Source: Candidatus Daviesbacteria bacterium (GTDB lineage Bacteria; Patescibacteriota; Microgenomatia; Daviesbacterales; UBA10151). From it: DNA of 63,698 nucleotides. Where the stretch lies: assembly GCA_030648435.1 (NCBI GenBank), contig JAUSHE010000024.1:1-63698 (forward strand). The letters are read 5' to 3'. The position numbers and the translations under genes were made by a program. Under the pieces are notes generated by a model that was not told the DNA's origin, did no database searches, and was given only the letters and a program-made list of their open reading frames with translations. Shown here one piece after another: positions 7,680 through 17,267 of the stretch (the first letter of the stretch is position 1; each line of letters opens with the position of its first letter).

Positions 7680-10469
7680 GTGGACGAATCAGACGAACCT
7701 ATCATTAATAAAAATAGTATTTTGCTTTCGCGAAACAAGCCCGTTGCTTTGGTCGTGGGGGCTGCGGGATTTTTAGGCTCTCATTTAGTTGATCAGCTTC
7801 TCGATAAAGATATTCAGGTAATTGGAGTAGATAGCAAAAAAGAGAACTTAAGGGAAGCTGCCGGAAACCGCAATTTTCATCTAATTTTAGAATCTGCCAA
7901 AAATTTAAACTTTCAGCCGGAGCGGCTTGATTACCTGTTTCTTATCGACTCCGGTCAGGAAGATCTGGAGAAAATTCTTGCAATATTTAAGAAGACTAAA
8001 TGCCGCTGCCTGCTTGTGTCGTCAATTGATCTTTATGATAAGGAAAACTTAAATGAAAGCTTAAAAAGAACGAAGCAAATGGAAGCAAAAATTGCAGGGT
8101 TTGCAGCTGATTTTAGCTTAAATGCCCGGGTTCTAAGACTGGGCTCTGTTTTTGGGCCCAGAATGAATTTTGACGGTCATGATCCGCTTATTAAACTGCT
8201 AAAGCAGTCCTTAACGGGCAAGCTGCAGCAGGATGTTTCCCTGGAGTTTTCCACAAGGGCTTTATTTGTGGAAGATGCTGTCGAGCTGATGATTAAAACA
8301 ATTTTTGCCGGTTCAACATCACAGAAAATCTTTGACGGTGTCAGCCCGAAACCCCTCAAGGTGGCGGAAATTAAGCAAGTACTGCTGGATCCCGTTTGGT
8401 ATGAAAGCCGGGATTTTGTTTTTTCTGAACTGCCGCCTTGGCAAACACCTAACTTAGAAAAAACTATTAAATTTTTAAACTGGCGTCCCAAAGTCAAGAT
8501 GTTTTCAGCTTTAAGGCAGACGCTCAGGTTTTTCAAGGATAACGAAATAGAAATACCTGATAAAAAGGAGGAAGATGTTGAGTTACCTCAGGAAAAGAAA
8601 ACAGAGTTGGAAGAGTTTAGAAAAGAGGATAGGAGAGCTCACGATCCTAAATTTAAGATACCTTTTTCAAAAATATATTTATCTATTTTAATTGCTTTGG
8701 TGACATATGCGCTGATTTGGCCCGTGCTGATTTTCGGGTGGGGAGTTTTTACCTTCAAATCTGGACTTGAGTCGGCAATGGTAAATTTACAAAAAGGAGA
8801 GTTTGAAAAAAGTTTGCAAAATATAGACAGAGCCAGCTCCGGTGTTCAGGCAGTAAAGTCTATAAGCGGGTTAGGCGTAAATCAGTTAGAAGTTATGCGG
8901 AAGCTAACTAATATATCTGATTTCTGGTTGGGTTCAGCAAAAAGTACTATTGTGGGGGCCCAGCAGCTTTTGCTGGGTATGAAGGCAGTGACAGGGGAGT
9001 TGTCTGCATCTCCCGCTGCTTATTTTAGCTCAGCTCAGGTGGAGTTAAGCTCAGCCGGTAATGCGTTCTCAAGGGCAGACGCACTTTTAGGGAGCAACGA
9101 TTTTGAAAAGGGCATGCCGGGTGCGGTAGCAGGGGAGATCAATAAATTGGCAGGCAAGCTGTCTCTTTACCGGAATTTCATCGGTAGAGTTAGGTCTTTA
9201 TCTGTGCTGCTACCAAATCTGGTTGCAGTGGACGGCAGCAAAAATTATCTTATTTTACTCCAGAACAATATGGAACTCCGGCCGGCCGGTGGTTTCATTG
9301 GCTCTTTTGCAAAAATTTCTTTTGAAGGGGGGAAATTAAAGAAATTAACAGTAAATGATATTTATGCAATTGATGGGGCTCTCCCGCTTCATGTCGAGCC
9401 TCCTAAAGAAATTAAAGAGGATTTAGGTCAGAAAAATTGGTATTTACGGGATTCAAATTGGGAAAGTGATTTTCCAACGAGCGCCCGGCAGGCGGAATGG
9501 TTTTATACCAAGGAAACAGGGGAGACTGTTGAGGGTGTGATAGCAATGGATGTGTCTGCTATGGAGAAGTTGCTGGAAGCGATTGGACCATTAAATCTGC
9601 CGGATTATAATGAAAAAATTACCTCAGAAAATCTTTTTGAAAAGGCAGTGTCGCATGCGGAAATGAGTTTTTTCCCCGGCTCTCAGGCGAAAAAAAGTTT
9701 TCTGACAGCTCTAGCAAATGAAGCTTTTAATAAGATCTTCTTTCTTCCGCAAAATAACTGGCCGGGAGTAATTACGGCTCTAAGTAAATCTCTGGATGAA
9801 AAACATATCAGTATTTATATAAATGACAATAAACTACTTTCTTATGCAGACTCGCTGGGATGGACGCATGCTTTTCCGAGAGCTTCCAAAAATAGTGAGA
9901 ACCAGGATTTTCTAAGTTTGGTAGAGGCAAACCTGGGAGCCAACAAGGCCAATTATTATCTGGACAGAAGCTATAATTTAGAAACTGTGGTTGGTAAGGA
10001 GGGCGAAATTAAGCACAGGCTCAGGATAAGTTACATCAACAGAAGCCCTTCAGATACTTTTCCCGGGGGAAAGTATAAAAACAGAATGCGGATATATCTG
10101 CCTTTCGGAAGTAAAATAACAAGAGTACTTTGGGGAGAAACTAACAAAACCGGCGAAATCTCCGGTTTTGTGGATTATGGCAGGGCAGGCTATTCAATTC
10201 TACTGGAGCTTAATCCAAAAGAACAGAAGACTCTGGTGCTGGATTACACGGTGCCGGTCAGTCTGAAGTTTGAAAATGGGCAAGCCGGTTATAAGTTAAA
10301 TGTGGTAAAACAGGCGGGGACCTTAAAGGATCCGTTTAATTGGACGATTACTTATCCGATTAACTATCAATTAATTTCAGACAAAACCAAAAAGATCGGC
10401 CCGCAAGAGCAAACTATTTCTACGGATTTATCGGTTGATAGAAGCTTTGAGGTAGAGTTTAAAAAGTGA
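7680..10469 (+). CDS. Fusion of NAD-dependent epimerase-like domain, TM helix and DUF4012-like extracellular domain
   Basis: N-terminal VVGAAGFLGSHL Rossmann motif; TM near residues 330-355; C-terminal LLQNNMELRPAGGFIGS, RDSNWESDFP and NLGANKAN typical of DUF4012. Confidence 0.8.
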   Translation: MDESDEPIINKNSILLSRNKPVALVVGAAGFLGSHLVDQLLDKDIQVIGVDSKKENLREAAGNRNFHLILESAKNLNFQPERLDYLFLIDSGQEDLEKILAIFKKTKCRCLLVSSIDLYDKENLNESLKRTKQMEAKIAGFAADFSLNARVLRLGSVFGPRMNFDGHDPLIKLLKQSLTGKLQQDVSLEFSTRALFVEDAVELMIKTIFAGSTSQKIFDGVSPKPLKVAEIKQVLLDPVWYESRDFVFSELPPWQTPNLEKTIKFLNWRPKVKMFSALRQTLRFFKDNEIEIPDKKEEDVELPQEKKTELEEFRKEDRRAHDPKFKIPFSKIYLSILIALVTYALIWPVLIFGWGVFTFKSGLESAMVNLQKGEFEKSLQNIDRASSGVQAVKSISGLGVNQLEVMRKLTNISDFWLGSAKSTIVGAQQLLLGMKAVTGELSASPAAYFSSAQVELSSAGNAFSRADALLGSNDFEKGMPGAVAGEINKLAGKLSLYRNFIGRVRSLSVLLPNLVAVDGSKNYLILLQNNMELRPAGGFIGSFAKISFEGGKLKKLTVNDIYAIDGALPLHVEPPKEIKEDLGQKNWYLRDSNWESDFPTSARQAEWFYTKETGETVEGVIAMDVSAMEKLLEAIGPLNLPDYNEKITSENLFEKAVSHAEMSFFPGSQAKKSFLTALANEAFNKIFFLPQNNWPGVITALSKSLDEKHISIYINDNKLLSYADSLGWTHAFPRASKNSENQDFLSLVEANLGANKANYYLDRSYNLETVVGKEGEIKHRLRISYINRSPSDTFPGGKYKNRMRIYLPFGSKITRVLWGETNKTGEISGFVDYGRAGYSILLELNPKEQKTLVLDYTVPVSLKFENGQAGYKLNVVKQAGTLKDPFNWTITYPINYQLISDKTKKIGPQEQTISTDLSVDRSFEVEFKK

Positions 10470-10581
10470 TACACTATTCTTCTGGTTCTGAATTTGTTAA
10501 TTTTGTATCTCAAGATTAGACACGGATAAGCAGGCTCTTGCCCATTGAGCCCGAATATGATAAATTACCCTAGTAAAAAAT

Positions 10582-11319
10582 ATGGACAGATTAAGTTTAC
10601 AAGCCGAAGAAAGAATAATCCTAGGTAAAAAAGTTAAGAATTTAAGAAAAGACGGAAAGTTACCCGGCCATGTGTTTGGCAAGGGTTTGGAAACAGAACA
10701 TGTTTCAGTTGACGGCAAAACATTCCTTAAAACTTTCAAAGAAGCAGGGGAAACCGGCTTGATTGATCTAAAGATTGGTACAGAAAAAGTGCGGCCGGTT
10801 ATGATTAAGGGAGTTCAATACAATCCTGTTTCCGGCCAACCCATTCACATTGATTTTTATCAGGTTAATATGTCAGAGAAGGTTAAAGTTCCGGTGCCTT
10901 TGGTGCTGATAGGAGATGAGCCGGAATCCGTCAAGCTGGGGGAGACGATTGTACTGCAAACCTTAAATGAAATTGAGGTAGAAGCTTTGCCCGCTGATCT
11001 GATTGAAAAAATTGAAGTTGATATTACACCTCTTAAAAATATTGATGACACTATTACTGTCGGACAATTGAATTTTGACAGAAGTAAGCTAACCGTCAGC
11101 GCTCCTGAGGAAGAAATCGTTGTTAAACTGGCTCCGGCTATTACCGAGGAGATGAAGAAGCAAATGGAAGAAGAAACAGCAGCCGCAGCTGCAGCAGTGG
11201 CTGAAGCAGTCCCGCCGGTTGAGGGCGCAGCGGCAGAAGGTGCAGAGGGCGAACAGCCTCAAGGTGAAGCCGCCTCCGCTGAAAGCTCCGGCGAGCCAAA
11301 GGAAGCTCCTAAAGAATAA
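10582..11319 (+). CDS. rplY: 50S ribosomal protein L25/Ctc
   Basis: GKKVKNLRKDGKLPGHVFG, PIHIDFYQV, VEALPADL, acidic tail. Confidence 0.95.
   Translation: MDRLSLQAEERIILGKKVKNLRKDGKLPGHVFGKGLETEHVSVDGKTFLKTFKEAGETGLIDLKIGTEKVRPVMIKGVQYNPVSGQPIHIDFYQVNMSEKVKVPVPLVLIGDEPESVKLGETIVLQTLNEIEVEALPADLIEKIEVDITPLKNIDDTITVGQLNFDRSKLTVSAPEEEIVVKLAPAITEEMKKQMEEETAAAAAAVAEAVPPVEGAAAEGAEGEQPQGEAASAESSGEPKEAPKE
11266..11305 (+). repeat. 40-bp in-frame palindromic element shared with dnaK
   Basis: GAAGCCGCCTCCGCTGAAAGCTCCGGCGAGCCAAAGGAAG; 39/40 identical to 63421-63460. Confidence 0.9.
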
Positions 11320-11361
11320 AAGTTTGCGTCAATTCTGCGTTAATTTTGCGGTTATTCGTGC

Positions 11362-13434
11362 CTAAATCACTTTTTCAGGCCATTTACTTACCATTATAGA
11401 CTCTTCTTTATGGGGTAGTTTTTGCCATAATTCCTCCGTAATAAAGGGCATAAAGGGATGCAATAGTTCTAAACAGGTTCGGAAAACATATTCCAAAACC
11501 GGCTGAGCTTCTGCTCTTCTATTTTTTGTACTTTCAATATATTTATCAGCAAATTCATGCCAAATAAATTCATATAAACTACCGCTGGCATCATGAAATC
11601 TGTAAGTATCCAGTGCTTTGGTAGCTGCCGCAGTTGTTTTATTCAGTTGATTTAGAATATCTTGATCGTCTTCGTGCTTACTTATTTCTGAGGCAGCGTC
11701 TTCCGGCTTAAAATCAATAATAAACCGGCCGATGTTCCAAAGCTTATTGGTAAAATTCCGCATGGCTTGCAGTTTTGAGTGAGACAGCGCCTGGTCGTGT
11801 CCAAAAGCATTGCCGTACATTAAGGCCATCCTTAAAGCATCTGCCCCGTATTGATTAGCAATCTCAATTGGGTCAACCACATTGCCCTTACTTTTACTCA
11901 TTTTCTTGCCCAGGGGATCTAATATTTTGCCGTGTAGCAAAACATCTTTAAAAGGAATTTTGCCTGTTACAAAATTTCCTACCATAATCATTCTGATCAC
12001 CCAAAAAGGCAGAATATCATAGCCTGTTTCCATAACAGAAGTAGGGTAAAACTTATCAAAATCTCCCGGTTGACCTGCCTGAAGCGTTGCGAAGGGCCAT
12101 TGAGCAGAAGAAAACCAGGTATCAAAGACATCAGGATCCTGCTCCCAATCTGGTCCATCCGGGGCTTCTCCCTCGGTCACTTGCCACTGCCCTGTTTTTT
12201 TATTCTTCCAGGCCGGGATTTGCATACCCCAGACAATTTGCCGGGAGATATTCCAGTCTTTAAGTTTTTCCAGCCAATGGAAATAAGTGACTTCCCAGTT
12301 TTTTGGATAAATTTTAATTTCACCTTTTTTAACATTCTCGACAGCCTGCTTGGCAAGGGTAGCAACCTTGATAAACCATTGCTCCATTGGCAGCGGTTCA
12401 ATTACTGTGCCGCACTTATAGCAAACTCCCACCCGGTTTTGGTAATTTTCATCTATTTTTTCGATCAAACCCTTTTCCAGCATTTCTTTAGCAATTGCAA
12501 CCCTGGCTTCTTTAACCCGTAACCCGGCGAATTTACCGGCTTTTTCGTTTAATTTGCCGTCAAATCCAATTACCTGGCGGATTTCCAAATCGTGCCGCTC
12601 TCCTATTTCAAAATCCACCATGGCATGGGCAGGGGTAACTTTAATTACCCCGGTTCCAAACTCCGGGTCAACTGCCTTGTCTGCGATCACTTTAATTTTG
12701 GCAGGGCCTAAAACTGTTTCAATATCTAAAGTTTGGCCAATATATTTTTGGTAGCGGCTGTCTCCCGGATGAACTGCTACGGCTGTGTCGCCAAATTTAG
12801 TTTCCAGCCTGGTGGTAGCTAAAATCAGTGGTCCGTATTTGATGTAATAAAGCGGGGTGGTCCGGTCTTCATATAAAACTTCCAAATCAGAAAAAGAGGT
12901 GCCGTGCCTGGTGCAGTAATTGACCAGTCTTAAGCCCCGGTAAGCCAAACCCGCATCAAACATTTGTTTAAAAGTTTTATAGACAATTTTAACGATTTCA
13001 GGATCAAGGGTAAATTTTTGCCTGGACCAATCCAGGGAAAAGCCTAATTTGCGGAGTTGCCCCTCCATAGTGCCTTTATTGTTCTGGACAAAATCCCAAA
13101 TCATCTGGTATAAAGTCTTCCTGTCAAAGTCAAAACGTGACTTACCCTCTTTTTCCAGTTGTTTTTCAAAAACCACTTGGGTTTCAAAGCCGGCATGATC
13201 TGAACCGGGCAGCCATAAGCTAGCTTCACCTTTCATGCGGTGATATCTGATTAAAATATCTTCTACCGTATACATGGCATGGCCAAAATGCAGGGCTCCA
13301 TTGGCATTAGGCGGAGGAAGGATAATAGTGTAGGGTTTGCCGTCAGGATTTACTTCAGGCTTAAAAAAGCCTTTCTCTTCCCAAAATTTGTACCACTTTG
13401 CTTCAACTTTTGTCTGGTCATAAGTTTTATCCAT
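11362..13434 (-). CDS. valS: Valine--tRNA ligase (compact)
   Basis: PPPNANGALHFGHA (HIGH-like), DWNISRQIVWG, KMSKSKGN, LLHPFMPFITEELW. Confidence 0.97.
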   Translation of the reverse strand: MDKTYDQTKVEAKWYKFWEEKGFFKPEVNPDGKPYTIILPPPNANGALHFGHAMYTVEDILIRYHRMKGEASLWLPGSDHAGFETQVVFEKQLEKEGKSRFDFDRKTLYQMIWDFVQNNKGTMEGQLRKLGFSLDWSRQKFTLDPEIVKIVYKTFKQMFDAGLAYRGLRLVNYCTRHGTSFSDLEVLYEDRTTPLYYIKYGPLILATTRLETKFGDTAVAVHPGDSRYQKYIGQTLDIETVLGPAKIKVIADKAVDPEFGTGVIKVTPAHAMVDFEIGERHDLEIRQVIGFDGKLNEKAGKFAGLRVKEARVAIAKEMLEKGLIEKIDENYQNRVGVCYKCGTVIEPLPMEQWFIKVATLAKQAVENVKKGEIKIYPKNWEVTYFHWLEKLKDWNISRQIVWGMQIPAWKNKKTGQWQVTEGEAPDGPDWEQDPDVFDTWFSSAQWPFATLQAGQPGDFDKFYPTSVMETGYDILPFWVIRMIMVGNFVTGKIPFKDVLLHGKILDPLGKKMSKSKGNVVDPIEIANQYGADALRMALMYGNAFGHDQALSHSKLQAMRNFTNKLWNIGRFIIDFKPEDAASEISKHEDDQDILNQLNKTTAAATKALDTYRFHDASGSLYEFIWHEFADKYIESTKNRRAEAQPVLEYVFRTCLELLHPFMPFITEELWQKLPHKEESIMVSKWPEKVI

Positions 13435-13452
13435 GGAGTTAGTATATTGGCT

Positions 13453-14475
13453 TTAAGTTACGAGTGCAAGGTTTGGATCAGCTTGAAGAGACAAAGGATT
13501 TTTAAGGGCTTTTTGGAAAAAGGCTGCAGAGGCTATCATGGCTCCGTTATCTGTACAAAGTTCCGGTGGTGGTACAAAGAGTCTGATAGCTGAAGACTGA
13601 CAGCTGACAGCTAATTCTGAAACCAGTTTCTGATTGGCGGCCACTCCGCCGGCGACTATTAAGTTTTTAACCTGATATTTTTCAACCGCTTGAATACTTT
13701 TTTTAACCAGAACATCAACAATAGCTTGTTGAATTGAAGCAGCAAGGTCAGCGACCTTACTTTTATCTGTTATATTAGCTACTGCTGTTTTTAAACCTGA
13801 AAAAGAGAAGTCAAAATCTTTGGAATTTATCATTGGTCTGGGTAATTTAAAAGCTTTTGGGTTACCCTCTTGTGCTAGTTTGGAAATAATAGGACCACCA
13901 GGGTAGGGCAGTCCCAGGAGCCTGGCGCATTTATCAAAGCATTCTCCTGCCGCATCATCCCGGGTTCCGCCCAGATATTTATATTTACCATGATCTGTAA
14001 ACAGAACTAAATCCGTATGCCCACCGGAAACAAGCAGGCCAATACAAGGGAAGCTCGGTACACCTTCCAGGTGGGCTTTGACTCCTGGAAGGTGAGTGGG
14101 AGTAATCCAATTAGCATAAAAATGTCCAAGCAGGTGATTAACTGGGATTAGTGGTTTATTCCAGATTAATGCCAGGGTTTTGGCAGTTTCTACCCCCACT
14201 AAAAGTGAACCTATTAGTCCGGGTCCATAGGTGACTGCAATAGCGTCAATTTCCTGTTGCCTGTGGCCTGAAGCCTGTAAACTTTCTTCTATCACCGGAA
14301 TGATTGATTTTATCTGTTCCCGTGCCGCCTGTTCAGGAATTATCCCTCCGTATTTAGCCTGCAGCAAGGCTGATGAAGCCACAATATTGGATAATATCGT
14401 TATTCGTTTATCGTTATTCGTCAAGATAGCGCAAGCTGTTTCATCGCAGGATGTTTCTATTCCCAGAATAATCAT
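13453..14475 (-). CDS. tsaD: tRNA threonylcarbamoyladenosine transferase TsaD
   Basis: ILGIETSCDET, GPGLIGSL, VSGGHT, DDAAGECFDK, FSFSGLKTA, CTDNGAMIA. Confidence 0.97.
   Translation of the reverse strand: MIILGIETSCDETACAILTNNDKRITILSNIVASSALLQAKYGGIIPEQAAREQIKSIIPVIEESLQASGHRQQEIDAIAVTYGPGLIGSLLVGVETAKTLALIWNKPLIPVNHLLGHFYANWITPTHLPGVKAHLEGVPSFPCIGLLVSGGHTDLVLFTDHGKYKYLGGTRDDAAGECFDKCARLLGLPYPGGPIISKLAQEGNPKAFKLPRPMINSKDFDFSFSGLKTAVANITDKSKVADLAASIQQAIVDVLVKKSIQAVEKYQVKNLIVAGGVAANQKLVSELAVSCQSSAIRLFVPPPELCTDNGAMIASAAFFQKALKNPLSLQADPNLALVT
14061..14094. repeat. 34-bp palindromic element (CACCT-N3-AGGTG family) within tsaD
   Basis: CACCTTCCAGGTG-GGCTTTGA-CTCCTGGAAGGTG; homologous copies at 22804 and 43923. 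Confidence 0.85.
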
Positions 14476-14517
14476 GCATCTATTTTAACAGAATAAAGAA
14501 GAGTTAACTTTAGATAG

Positions 14518-14545
14518 TTGACAATTTGCGAAACTATGCTAAAAT
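14518..14545 (+). promoter_or_regulatory. Sigma70-type promoter of the toxin-antitoxin operon
   Basis: TTGACA 14518-14523, 16-nt spacer, TGc-TAAAAT 14540-14545; AGGAG precedes ATG 14588. Confidence 0.65.
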
Positions 14546-14587
14546 ATATAGCAGATATACAATTTGGCATATATCAAGGAGAAAGAT

Positions 14588-14863
14588 ATGCAAACAACGC
14601 AAGACAGAGTGCAAAAACTAGTAACATTTTCCCCAAAACTATATAACAGTGCCGTAGCCAGAGCCAATAGCCTGGGTATTCCCTTTGCTGAATATGTCAG
14701 ACATACACTTGTTAAAGATGTTGAGGAAGGCAATAAAAACTTGCCAATGGTTGATGCCGAAACAGAGAAAAGAATTGGTCAAAGTCTCAAAGATCTTGAA
14801 GAGGGACGATACACAATCATCAGGAATAAAAAAGAACTAAGCGCTCACTTGGGTAGACTCTAA
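14588..14863 (+). CDS. Putative antitoxin (RHH-like N-terminus)
   Basis: Small protein upstream of a RelE-like gene; QKLVTF..ARANSLGIPFAEYVRH; C-terminal IGQSLKDLEEGR typical of antitoxins. Confidence 0.7.
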   Translation: MQTTQDRVQKLVTFSPKLYNSAVARANSLGIPFAEYVRHTLVKDVEEGNKNLPMVDAETEKRIGQSLKDLEEGRYTIIRNKKELSAHLGRL

Positions 14864-14871
14864 GAGTTGCT

Positions 14872-15162
14872 ATGTTTACACTTGTTTTTACAAAGCATTT
14901 TGATGAAACATACGCTTTAAATACCAAAGAAAATAAAGAGATAGAAAAGAAAATCAGAAAAGCGTTACATTTCTTAGAACAAAATCCGTCTTATCCATCT
15001 CTTAAAACACATAAAGTTACAACAAAAAACTACGGAGAAAAATGGAGTAGCGGGGTAACAGGAGATATTCGTATTATTTGGGATTATGACAGCGAAGGTA
15101 GATCAATCATTCTTCTTTTGGATATTGGTGGCCATAGCGGAACTCACAAAGTATATAAATAA
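14872..15162 (+). CDS. RelE/YafQ-superfamily mRNA interferase toxin
   Basis: FTKHF...NPSYPSLKTHKV...WS..VTGDIRIIW...LLDIGGH. Confidence 0.82.
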   Translation: MFTLVFTKHFDETYALNTKENKEIEKKIRKALHFLEQNPSYPSLKTHKVTTKNYGEKWSSGVTGDIRIIWDYDSEGRSIILLLDIGGHSGTHKVYK

Positions 15163-15164
15163 CT

Positions 15165-16004
15165 ATGATCCCTAAGCAAAAACATGAATTTATTAAAGAC
15201 GCTTTGTGGGTTTCTTATACGGCTTTAAAAGATTTTTTGAAGTGTCCCCGAAGTTATTATTTAAAAAATATCTACAAAGACCCAAAGACCGGTTTTAGAC
15301 TGCAGATTGCCTCGCCCTATTTAACTTTAGGGTCAACCGTACATGACAGCGTCAAATGGTATTTGGATATGCAGGGCCAGGTTACAAGCGGGCAGCTAAT
15401 ACAAAAATACCGTAATTTTTGGCTTAAATATAGGGGCAAAAAAGGCGGATTTAGCTCTTTGGAAGAAGAGGCAACTTTTGGCAAAAGGGGCCTGAAGATG
15501 CTGGATAATTTCTTAGATAATGCAAAAGTATTGGAGAAAACTGCGCCGCCGGTAACTTTTCCTAAGTATAATTTAGTGGAGGATGTGATATTAATCGGTA
15601 ACTTTGATTTTGTGGGGGAGATGCCGGGGGGGACTTTGCATATTGTGGATTTTAAAACTGGGGCAAATGACGAAGAAGATACTCTGCAGCTTTATATTTA
15701 TGCCATACTCGCAGAGGCAAACTTAAGTAAACCGGTATCCAAAGCCTCGTTTTGGTATTTAGATAGGGAAGATGCGCCGAGGGAGATTGTTTTGGATGCT
15801 TTAGAACCCAAGCTGGATTGGTTAAGAGAGAAGGCTTTGGAACTTAAAAAAGCCATTAAAGGAGGGAACTGGGTTTGTATTAAAGGGGATCAGCTTTGTC
15901 GGGACTGTAAGGATTACCAGGCTATCATTGATGGTAAAGGGCAGTTCCAGTTCTCTGATTACCGCTATAAAAAGGATATTTATTATCTATCTAAATCCGC
16001 TTAA
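15165..16004 (+). CDS. PD-(D/E)XK (RecB/AddB-like) nuclease family protein
   Basis: SYTALKDFLKCPRSYY, GSTVH, GNFDFV, IVDFKTG, QLYIYA, C-terminal C..CRDC. Confidence 0.85.
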   Translation: MIPKQKHEFIKDALWVSYTALKDFLKCPRSYYLKNIYKDPKTGFRLQIASPYLTLGSTVHDSVKWYLDMQGQVTSGQLIQKYRNFWLKYRGKKGGFSSLEEEATFGKRGLKMLDNFLDNAKVLEKTAPPVTFPKYNLVEDVILIGNFDFVGEMPGGTLHIVDFKTGANDEEDTLQLYIYAILAEANLSKPVSKASFWYLDREDAPREIVLDALEPKLDWLREKALELKKAIKGGNWVCIKGDQLCRDCKDYQAIIDGKGQFQFSDYRYKKDIYYLSKSA

Positions 16005-16010
16005 TTTCTG

Positions 16011-17267
16011 TCAAGTTCCTTCATGCCAGGAGGCTAAATACTTTTTTTGTTCCTCAGTTAAAGTATCTATGGAAATGCCCAAGGATTTAAGTTTTAACTG
16101 GGCAATCATATCATCTAACTCCTTTGGCACAGTATAAACACCTGGTTTTAGTTTGCCTTTATTTTTCACCAGAAACTCTGCTGCCAAAGCCTGGTTGGCA
16201 AAGGACATATCCATGACATCAGGCGGATGACCTTCTGCTGAGGCTAAGTTAATCAGCCTGCCTTCACCTAAAACAAAGATCTTTTTGTTATCCTCCAAAG
16301 TTATTTCTTCCAGATTATCCCGCAGGGTTCTTCTATTTTTGGCAATCTTGATTAGGCCTTCATAGTCAAATTCCACATTAAAGTGTCCTGTATTGGCTAC
16401 AATCGCGCCATTTTTCATTTTTTGAAAATGAGCAACAGATATAACTGTTTTATTACCGGTGGCAGTACAGATTATATCGGCAATTTTGACTGCCTGGTCT
16501 ATGGGCATAACATCAAACCCGTCCATGGTAGCTTCCAAAGCCTTGAGCGGGTTTACTTCTGTGACTATCACTAAAGATCCCATGCCCCTAGCCCGCTGAG
16601 CCAAGCCCCTGCCGCACCAGCCATATCCTACTACCACGAATTTTTTTCCTGCCAAAAGTACATTAGTAGCTCTGATTATTCCGTCAATGGTGGATTGGCC
16701 TGTGCCGTATCTATTGTCAAACATATGCTTGGTAGGCGAATCATTGACTGCCATCACCGGAATTTTGAGTGTCCCGTCTTTTAACATGGCCCGAAGCCGG
16801 ATAACCCCTGTGGTTGTTTCCTCTGATGAGCCGATTACGTCTTTAAGCTGGGAGACTTTTTCTGTGTGGAGTAAAGTGACCAGGTCTGCCCCGTCATCCA
16901 TGGTGATTTGCGGGTGAAAATCCATGACAGTGTTGAGGTGTTTATAATATGTATCTTTATCTTCGCCGCGGATAGCAAAAGTGGGGATCCCAAAATCTTC
17001 TATCAGGGAGGCAGCCACATCGTCCTGGGTGGAGAGAGGGTTAGAGGCACAAAGAGCCAAATTTGCTCCCCCTGCTTTTAAGGTAGTCATAAGATTGGCA
17101 GTTTCAGAGGTGACATGTAAACAAGCTCCGAGGGTAATTCCTTCAAGCGGTTTTTCTATGGCAAAACGTCTCTTAATTAGTTCCAAAACTTTCATTTGGG
17201 AACCTGCCCATTCAATTTTTAATTTGCCCTTAGGTGCCAAATTTTTATCCTTAATATCAGATTTCAT
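16011..17267 (-). CDS. ahcY: Adenosylhomocysteinase
   Basis: [63 protein letters not shown]. Confidence 0.98.
   Translation of the reverse strand: MKSDIKDKNLAPKGKLKIEWAGSQMKVLELIKRRFAIEKPLEGITLGACLHVTSETANLMTTLKAGGANLALCASNPLSTQDDVAASLIEDFGIPTFAIRGEDKDTYYKHLNTVMDFHPQITMDDGADLVTLLHTEKVSQLKDVIGSSEETTTGVIRLRAMLKDGTLKIPVMAVNDSPTKHMFDNRYGTGQSTIDGIIRATNVLLAGKKFVVVGYGWCGRGLAQRARGMGSLVIVTEVNPLKALEATMDGFDVMPIDQAVKIADIICTATGNKTVISVAHFQKMKNGAIVANTGHFNVEFDYEGLIKIAKNRRTLRDNLEEITLEDNKKIFVLGEGRLINLASAEGHPPDVMDMSFANQALAAEFLVKNKGKLKPGVYTVPKELDDMIAQLKLKSLGISIDTLTEEQKKYLASWHEGT

Noticed and set aside
10470..10581. tRNA or known riboswitch in the larger intergenic gaps
   Set aside because: No cloverleaf, T-loop GTTCRA or recognisable aptamer; kept only as a candidate leader.
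15165..16004. Cas4 call for the PD-(D/E)XK nuclease
   Set aside because: No cas1/cas2 or array nearby; the motifs fit the general RecB/AddB-like family.
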